Shown here piece by piece: positions 58,184-64,000 of a DNA stretch of 64,000 nt. Made by a program: the position numbers and the translations under genes. Under the pieces are notes generated by a model. The model was given only the letters and a program-made list of their open reading frames with translations. It had not been told where the DNA came from and made no database searches. This DNA is from Lachnospiraceae bacterium UBA3762 (GTDB lineage: Bacteria > Bacillota > Clostridia > Lachnospirales > Lachnospiraceae): contig DFGA01000033.1 in the NCBI GenBank assembly GCA_002371615.1, forward strand, positions 14,184 to 78,183, in the 5' to 3' direction. Position 1 is the first letter of the stretch; every line of letters begins with the position of its first letter.

Positions 58184-58360
58184 GACAGATGGTCTGTGCT
58201 TTTTGCATGGTTAAAAGAGAAGTCAGGTGCAAAGCCTGCGCGAACTCGTCACTGTAAGTATGGAGTATGCTTTTGTAGTATGTCACTGGGACAGATGGTT
58301 CCCGGGAAGGCGAAGGGCATGTGTTGATATACGAGCCAGGAGAACTGCCATCTGCCTGTA
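58184..58360 (+). promoter_or_regulatory. Cobalamin (B12) riboswitch aptamer
   Basis: GGTTAAAAGAGAAGTCAGGTGCAAAGCCTGCGCG...TCGTCACTGTAAG...GAGCCAGGAGAACTGCC (B12 box). P1 candidates are CAGATGG (58186-58192) and CCATCTG (58348-58354). The downstream genes are corrinoid-transport genes. Confidence 0.8.
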
Positions 58361-58555
58361 CAGAAACAGGGGATATTCCCCGGGTTTAAGGTCACGAGTA
58401 ATTGATCTGGTACAACATGCAGGTATAGGGTCCCTGTCTGTTATCCCGAATGTAGTTCGGGATGCCACGGCGAGCTTTTTTTGTGTACGCTTCAATACTC
58501 ATTCCGAATTGCCGGAGTGAGTTTTTTTATATTTAAGTGACAGGAGGAATGTATT

Positions 58556-60202
58556 ATGAAGAAAAAAACCATTGTTATGCTGCTTGGCGTGGCTGCAGCG
58601 GTAATGTTTGCGGGATGTGCAAACGTGGATGTTAATGTGACTCCGAAGGCTGATGAGGCAGAAGAATCACAGCAGGAGGCGCAAGAATCAGAAGAGGCGG
58701 CAGATGCGGAAAATGCAGCATCGGATCAGGAAAAGGCTGACGAGGTAGCTGCCCTTATCGATGCGATCTACGTTCAGGAGCGAAACGATGAGACAGATGC
58801 GCAGTGTGAACTTGCAAAACAGCAATGGGATGCACTGACAGATGCCCAGAAAGAGCTTGTAGAGGGTGAAAATGCGGACCCCGACTACTTCGGAAGAGAT
58901 ACGGGAGACGCTTCAAAGGATGATCCGAAAAACGGCGATGATATTGGGGATAACGAGATACTGGTCGTATCATTCGGCACATCTTTCAACGATTCAAGAG
59001 CTGAGGATATAAAGGGAGTAGAGGATGCAATCGCTGCTGCCTATCCGGACTGGGCTGTAAGAAGAGCGTTTACGGCGCAGACGATCATTAATCACATACA
59101 GGCGCGTGACGGAGAAAAGATCGACAACATGGATCAGGCTCTTGATCGCGCGGTAGCAAACGGGGTTAAGAATCTTGTAATCCAGCCTACTCACCTGATG
59201 CACGGTGCAGAGTATGACGAGCTTACGGCATCACTTGACAAATATGCAGATAAGTTTGAGAGTGTTGCGGTTGCTGAGCCACTCCTCGGAGAAGTAGGAG
59301 AGGACGCAAAGGTCATAAACGATGACAAGAAGGCAGTAGCAGAAGCTGTTGTAGCAGAAGCAGTTGCCGATGCAGGCTATGAAAGCCTCGATGATGCTGA
59401 TAAGGACGGTGCGGCATTTGTATTTATGGGACACGGAACAGCTCATACCGCAAAGGTCAGCTATAGCCAGATGGCAACACAGATGGACAACCTCGGGTAC
59501 AAGAATGTGTTTATCGGTACGGTCGAAGGCGAACCCGAAGAGACAGCATGCGAAAACGTAATGGAATCTGTCAAGGCAGCAGGCTATAATAAGGTTATCC
59601 TCCGCCCGCTCATGGTTGTTGCCGGTGATCATGCAAATAATGATATGGCCGGTGATGATGATGACAGCTGGAAGAGCATATTTACGGCTGATGGGGCATT
59701 TGAGAAAGTGGATTGCCAGATAGCCGGACTCGGAAGGATCAAAGAGGTTCAGGATCTGTATGTTGCCCATACCAAGGATGCTATTGACAGTCTTGAAACT
59801 GTTACGGCCTCTTCAAAAGAAGGCGGTGAATCATCAACAGAACTTGCGGACGGAACATATTCTGCAGAGTTTATAACAGACAGCAGTATGTTCAAGGTAA
59901 ACGACGAACTTGACGGAAAGTGCACTCTTACGGTCAAGGACGGTAAGATGACGGCCCATATCACACTTGTGTCCGCTAGTATATTGAATCTTTATCCCGG
60001 AACGGCAGAAGATGCACAAAAGGAAGGCGCTGCACTTCTGGAGCCCACAAAAGATACTGTAAAGTACAGTGACGGTACAGAAGAAGAGGTAAACGGTTTT
60101 GATGTACCGGTGCCTTATCTTGACAAAGATTTCGATCTTGCGCTGATCGGAAAAAAGGGAAAATGGTATGATCACAAAGTTTCGGTCACAAATCCACAGT
60201 AA
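58556..60202 (+). CDS. Exported lipoprotein with a CbiK-type (anaerobic cobaltochelatase fold) domain plus a ~120-aa C-terminal domain of unknown function
   Basis: Lipobox MFAGC and an acidic linker. ILVVSFGTSFNDS...IQPTHLMHGAEYDEL...FMGHGTAH...PLMVVAGDHANNDMAG is collinear with CbiK. The C-terminal domain spans 59840-60199. Confidence 0.8.
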   Translation: MKKKTIVMLLGVAAAVMFAGCANVDVNVTPKADEAEESQQEAQESEEAADAENAASDQEKADEVAALIDAIYVQERNDETDAQCELAKQQWDALTDAQKELVEGENADPDYFGRDTGDASKDDPKNGDDIGDNEILVVSFGTSFNDSRAEDIKGVEDAIAAAYPDWAVRRAFTAQTIINHIQARDGEKIDNMDQALDRAVANGVKNLVIQPTHLMHGAEYDELTASLDKYADKFESVAVAEPLLGEVGEDAKVINDDKKAVAEAVVAEAVADAGYESLDDADKDGAAFVFMGHGTAHTAKVSYSQMATQMDNLGYKNVFIGTVEGEPEETACENVMESVKAAGYNKVILRPLMVVAGDHANNDMAGDDDDSWKSIFTADGAFEKVDCQIAGLGRIKEVQDLYVAHTKDAIDSLETVTASSKEGGESSTELADGTYSAEFITDSSMFKVNDELDGKCTLTVKDGKMTAHITLVSASILNLYPGTAEDAQKEGAALLEPTKDTVKYSDGTEEEVNGFDVPVPYLDKDFDLALIGKKGKWYDHKVSVTNPQ

Positions 60203-61739
60203 GTTTACGGTAAGAGCAGTTGCGGCTCTGCTGCCGTTAATAATTGCTTTGTTTGTAACCTCCTGCGCGTCGCAGGGGGTTACAGTGCATTATGTAGCCA
60301 TAACTATGGAGGGCGGCTCCGGAAAGGCTTATGTCAAGTCACCTGTAGAGATATCCGAAAGAGACGGTGTTACATATGCAAAGCTTATCTGGAACAGCAA
60401 AAACTACGACTATGTCATTGTAGATGGCGAAAAGTACTTAAATGAGAATCCCGGCGGACAGTCAACATTTACCGTCCCGGTAAAATCATTTGATGAGCCG
60501 TTTGACTTTACAGGGGACACTGTGGCAATGAGTAAGCCTCATGAGATAGAGTACACGATCACATGGGGTGAGATGTGCGAGAGCCTGTCAGCAGAATCCG
60601 GCAGTATATCATCGCCTGACAATGGGGGCAGTTTAAAGGATACCGAATTCGGCCGGCGACCGGCAGCTCCCGTTGAATTTCTTGTGGACGGACAGCAGTC
60701 TTCGGGAGTGATATCGCTTTCATATGCCGAGGGCTTTGATATAATTAAATACGGTGATTACAGACTTATAAGGATATACGGGGCGGATGATTTTCTCCTT
60801 GTGCCTAAGGGTGAGCCTATACCGGAAGTAACGGAGGAAAAAACCGGAGAGAAGGTTGACATAACTATGCTTCAACAGCCAATTGACAGGACATATCTTG
60901 TGTCATCATCGGTCATGGACCTGATCAGGCAGATAGGGGCACTTGAATATATAAGGCTTTCCGGGACAAAAGCGGAGGACTGGTCGGTTAAAGAGGCAGC
61001 AGACCTTATGAATGAGGGAAGTATAGTGTATGCGGGCAAATACAGGACTCCGGATTACGAACTGATCCTTTCGGAAGGGTGTGATCTTGCCGTTGAAAAC
61101 ACAATGATATACCATGATCCCGAGGTCAAGGAAAAACTTGAGGAGCTCTCGATCCCTGTAATGGTTGAGACGTCAAGCTATGAGAAAGATCCGAGAGGAA
61201 GGCTTGAGTGGATCAAACTATATGGAGCTCTCTACGGGAAAGAGACGGAAGCTGACGATTATTTCGAAAAGTGTGAGAAAGAAATAACATCTGTCATAGA
61301 AATGGATAAAACCGGCAAAGAGGTTGCGTTTTTCTCTGTAACTGCTTCGGGTTCGATAAATGTCAGAAAACCGGATGATTACATAGCCGGTCTGATTGAA
61401 CTTGCCGGGGGGAAATATGTTCCCGCTGCATCCGGTACGGCAGAAGCAGGCGGATCCGGTACAATGAACATGCAAATGGAGGATTTCTACGCCGGAACGT
61501 ATGATGCGGATATACTTATATACAACAGTACTATAAGAGGAGAACTGGAGTCTGTCGCGGATCTTGCAGGTAAAAATCCGCTTTTTTCCGATTATAAAGC
61601 GGTTAAAGAGCAAAACGTATACTGCATGACGGGCGATTTTTTCCAGCATCCGACGGACACAGCCAAGTTCCTGTCGGAACTTAGAAACCTGATAGAAGGA
61701 AAAGACGGTAATTACACATATTTTGAGAAGCTGAAATGA
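60168..61739 (+). CDS. Lipoprotein: ~100-aa N-terminal domain of unknown function plus a BtuF/FecB-type periplasmic binding protein
   Basis: Lipobox FVTSC. The C-terminal two thirds resemble class III (BtuF-like) substrate-binding proteins. It is followed by FecCD permease and ATPase genes. Confidence 0.75.
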   Translation: MITKFRSQIHSKFTVRAVAALLPLIIALFVTSCASQGVTVHYVAITMEGGSGKAYVKSPVEISERDGVTYAKLIWNSKNYDYVIVDGEKYLNENPGGQSTFTVPVKSFDEPFDFTGDTVAMSKPHEIEYTITWGEMCESLSAESGSISSPDNGGSLKDTEFGRRPAAPVEFLVDGQQSSGVISLSYAEGFDIIKYGDYRLIRIYGADDFLLVPKGEPIPEVTEEKTGEKVDITMLQQPIDRTYLVSSSVMDLIRQIGALEYIRLSGTKAEDWSVKEAADLMNEGSIVYAGKYRTPDYELILSEGCDLAVENTMIYHDPEVKEKLEELSIPVMVETSSYEKDPRGRLEWIKLYGALYGKETEADDYFEKCEKEITSVIEMDKTGKEVAFFSVTASGSINVRKPDDYIAGLIELAGGKYVPAASGTAEAGGSGTMNMQMEDFYAGTYDADILIYNSTIRGELESVADLAGKNPLFSDYKAVKEQNVYCMTGDFFQHPTDTAKFLSELRNLIEGKDGNYTYFEKLK

Positions 61740-62743
61740 GAAAAAGGTGCACAGTCGCGTTTACAGCAGTCATTCTACTGCTCATAATAAGCGTGTATAC
61801 AAACTTAATTACAGGAACAGTTGTTATTTATCCTGCTGATATTTTATCCGCGATCATTGGCAAAACAGCGGGCACCATGGAAGCCGGTGTTATAATGAAT
61901 ATAAGGATTCCAAGAATAATTGCAGCTGTTATTTTGGGTGGTGCATTAGCACTTTCCGGATATATGTTACAGACGTTTTTTAATAATCCTATTGTAGGCC
62001 CGTTTGTTCTCGGAATTTCGTCGGGGGCAAAGTTTACGGTTGCGCTCACTCTTATTTTTTCTTTATCCGGAGGGCGAAAGCCCGGGGCGGTTTCACTTGT
62101 TATGGCTGCATTTGCCGGAGCTTTGGCTTCAATGATGTTTGTCCTTGCAATCTCTGTCAGGGTCAGGAGTATGGGAATTCTTGTTGTGTGTGGAATAATG
62201 GTGGGCTACATATGCTCCGCAATAACCGATCTTATCGTGACTTTTGCCGATGATTCCAATATAGTGAACCTTCATAACTGGTCACTCGGAAGCTTTTCGG
62301 GTATCAATATGTCGGATGTCGCTGTTATGACGGTCATAATTGCTGTATGTCTCATTATTTCGGTCATGATAATCAAGCCTATGGGTGCATACAGGCTCGG
62401 AGAAAATCTGGCAAGATCGGAAGGGGTTAACATAACATTATTCCGGATCCTTCTGATCATTATATCCAGCCTGCTTGCCGCAACGGTTACGGCATTTGCG
62501 GGACCGATCTCGTTTGTCGGGATCGCAACGCCCCACCTATGGAAGGCAATGACAAAAACAAGCTCGCCTGCCGTTATGATCCCGGGCTGTTTTCTGCTTG
62601 GGGGCGTGATCACTCTTATATGTGACGGAATAGCAAGGGGACTATTTGCTCCGACCGAAGTTTCTGTAAGCTCTGTGACTGCGGTTTTGCTTGTCCCTGT
62701 TGTTATTATAGTCATGATCAGAAGAAAGAGGGAAAATGACTGA
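61736..62743 (+). CDS. FecCD-family ABC permease (BtuC-like)
   Basis: [19 protein letters not shown]...[13 protein letters not shown] is typical of FecCD/BtuC. Confidence 0.9.
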   Translation: MRKRCTVAFTAVILLLIISVYTNLITGTVVIYPADILSAIIGKTAGTMEAGVIMNIRIPRIIAAVILGGALALSGYMLQTFFNNPIVGPFVLGISSGAKFTVALTLIFSLSGGRKPGAVSLVMAAFAGALASMMFVLAISVRVRSMGILVVCGIMVGYICSAITDLIVTFADDSNIVNLHNWSLGSFSGINMSDVAVMTVIIAVCLIISVMIIKPMGAYRLGENLARSEGVNITLFRILLIIISSLLAATVTAFAGPISFVGIATPHLWKAMTKTSSPAVMIPGCFLLGGVITLICDGIARGLFAPTEVSVSSVTAVLLVPVVIIVMIRRKREND

Positions 62744-63608
62744 TCGTATAACAAATGAAAAAAACGGCGAAGGCCTTCATACTTCCAATCTTAACGTCGG
62801 CTATGAGAGTGATGTCGTAAAGGATATATCACTTGCGGTATCTCCGGGAAAGATCGTAACGCTTATCGGGCCGAATGGGAGCGGGAAATCAACGATCCTT
62901 AAAACTGTAGCCGGACTTTTGGAGCCGCGAGGCGGAGTGATCATGCTTGACGGACTCAGCAAGGCTGATATTGGTTCTAAGGAGGCTTCCAAGATACTTG
63001 CCGCAGTGATGACGGGACGCATTAATCCCGAGCTTATGACATGTAAAGACGTTATAGAGAGCGGAAGGTATCCTTACACGGGGTTATTCGGAAAACTGTC
63101 GGAAGAGGATGTAAGAAAAGTTGATGAGGCTATGGCTGCAACCGATACCGCGGATATTGCTGACAAGGACTTTCGTAATATCAGTGACGGACAGCGCCAA
63201 AGGGTATTGCTTGCAAGGGCGATCGCCCAGGATCCGGGAGTGCTGATCCTTGACGAGCCGACGTCATTTCTTGATATACGTTACAAGATCGATATACTGA
63301 CTAGGATCCGGAAGCTTGCATCCGAGAAGAATATAGCGGTTCTAATGTCGCTCCATGAACCGGAGATCGCGATGAAACTGTCCGATACAGTTGTAGCGGT
63401 AGGGGACGGAAAAGTACTGCGTATGGGGACAGTGGACGAAGTATTTACCGAGAAATTTATCCGTGAACTGTTCAAACTCGGGGATATGGATGTGAGGCTG
63501 CTGGGGAGATTATGGTATACGGATGGGGAGCGCCTATCGCCGTTAGGCGATTCTAATGCGCGACACACCTATTGTTCTGCTGATAGGGGGAGCCGATCGA
63601 GACATATT
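62736..63608 (+). CDS. ABC transporter ATP-binding domain (BtuD/FepC-like). No stop codon follows: the frame continues into cobQ. This ORF is absent from the supplied track.
   Basis: I translated it by hand from the ATG at 62736. Motifs: GPNGSGKST (Walker A), ISDGQRQR (signature), VLILDEPT (Walker B), SLHE (H-loop). The start overlaps the permease stop by 8 nt. Confidence 0.85.
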
Positions 63609-64000
63609 ATGGTTATGGGCACGATGTCAAACGTGGGTAAAAGTGTCGTAGTTGCAGCACTGTGCAGGATATTTGCCCGGGACGGGTACAAAGTGGCACC
63701 CTTCAAGTCGCAGAATATGGCAAACAACTCATTCGTTACCGCTGACGGGCTTGAGATGGGAAGAGCACAGGTAATGCAGGCTGTCTGTGCCGGAGCAGAA
63801 CCGGATGTACGCATGAATCCCATACTTCTAAAGCCAACGGATGAGTGCGGCTCACAGGTGGTGGTTATGGGTAAACCTGTCGCAAATATGCGTGCCGCCG
63901 AGTATTTTGAATACAAAAAATCACTCGTTCCCACTATTAAGGCTGCATATGAGAGCCTTTCCTCCGAATATGATATCATCGTTATCGAGGGCGCAGGCTC
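63609..64000 (+). CDS. cobQ: Cobyric acid synthase, N-terminal part (3' end outside the window), in frame with the upstream ATPase
   Basis: [42 protein letters not shown]...GRAQVMQA...NPILLKP...IIVIEGAG is a CobQ N-terminal signature. The first in-frame ATG of this part is at 63609. Confidence 0.85.
   Translation, partial: MVMGTMSNVGKSVVVAALCRIFARDGYKVAPFKSQNMANNSFVTADGLEMGRAQVMQAVCAGAEPDVRMNPILLKPTDECGSQVVVMGKPVANMRAAEYFEYKKSLVPTIKAAYESLSSEYDIIVIEGAG

Noticed and set aside
58443-58482. Hairpin plus T7 run as the riboswitch terminator
   Set aside because: A 12-nt gap separates the stem from the T run, so it is not a canonical intrinsic terminator. I left it as an open question in the findings rather than calling a feature.
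58227-58520. 97-aa + ORF and 70-aa - ORF between the MATE gene and the CbiK-like gene
   Set aside because: The region carries the conserved cobalamin riboswitch elements (including the B12 box). The ORFs have no RBS and no protein-like features.
62272-63979. Four minus-strand ORFs (62272-62754, 62801-63022, 63281-63568, 63569-63979), the only track entries for this region
   Set aside because: The + strand frame encodes a textbook ABC ATPase and the CobQ N-terminus. The track omitted that ORF because it has no stop codon before the window end.

Overview
The window looks like low-GC Firmicutes/Clostridia chromosome. This is inferred from the conserved cysE-cysS-mrnC-rlmB-sigH block, the PurO-type IMP cyclohydrolase and the codon style. 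No organism can be named from sequence alone.

About two thirds of it is a sprawling cell-surface glycan region:
- a CapD-type dehydratase fragment;
- many GT-A/GT2/GT8 glycosyltransferases;
- three polyprenol-phosphate GT2 enzymes with GtrA-type flippase domains;
- a YdjC/ChbG deacetylase;
- GDP-fucose genes (gmd, fcl, manC);
- part of a CDP-3,6-dideoxyhexose pathway (rfbF, an SDR, rfbH);
- a GT10 fucosyltransferase;
- nine large polytopic GT-C-like membrane proteins, including two paralogue pairs.

I saw no initiating phosphoglycosyltransferase, Wzx/Wzy, Wzm/Wzt, transposase, integrase, CRISPR array or recognisable defence gene.

Housekeeping genes are interspersed: guaB, a split purH, cysE, nadE, ispF, cysS, mrnC, rlmB, sigH, and tRNA-Val, tRNA-Met and tRNA-Thr.

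The 3' end holds a cobalamin-riboswitch-controlled corrinoid uptake operon. It encodes an exported CbiK-like lipoprotein, a BtuF-like lipoprotein, a FecCD permease, and an ABC ATPase that reads in frame into cobQ. That last + strand ORF is missing from the supplied track.

The most interesting region is 35.5-46.2 kb. It is a tightly coupled operon of [membrane protein]-CotH-CotH-VTC-DUF4956-CotH-VTC-DUF4956. I interpret it as a candidate bacterial VTC-like polyphosphate synthesis/export module coupled to surface-anchored CotH kinases.

Other points worth a second look are a diverged hairpin-rich intergenic repeat and a multi-hairpin leader upstream of a MATE transporter.

All family calls rest on motif recognition by eye. 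No searches or alignments were run.
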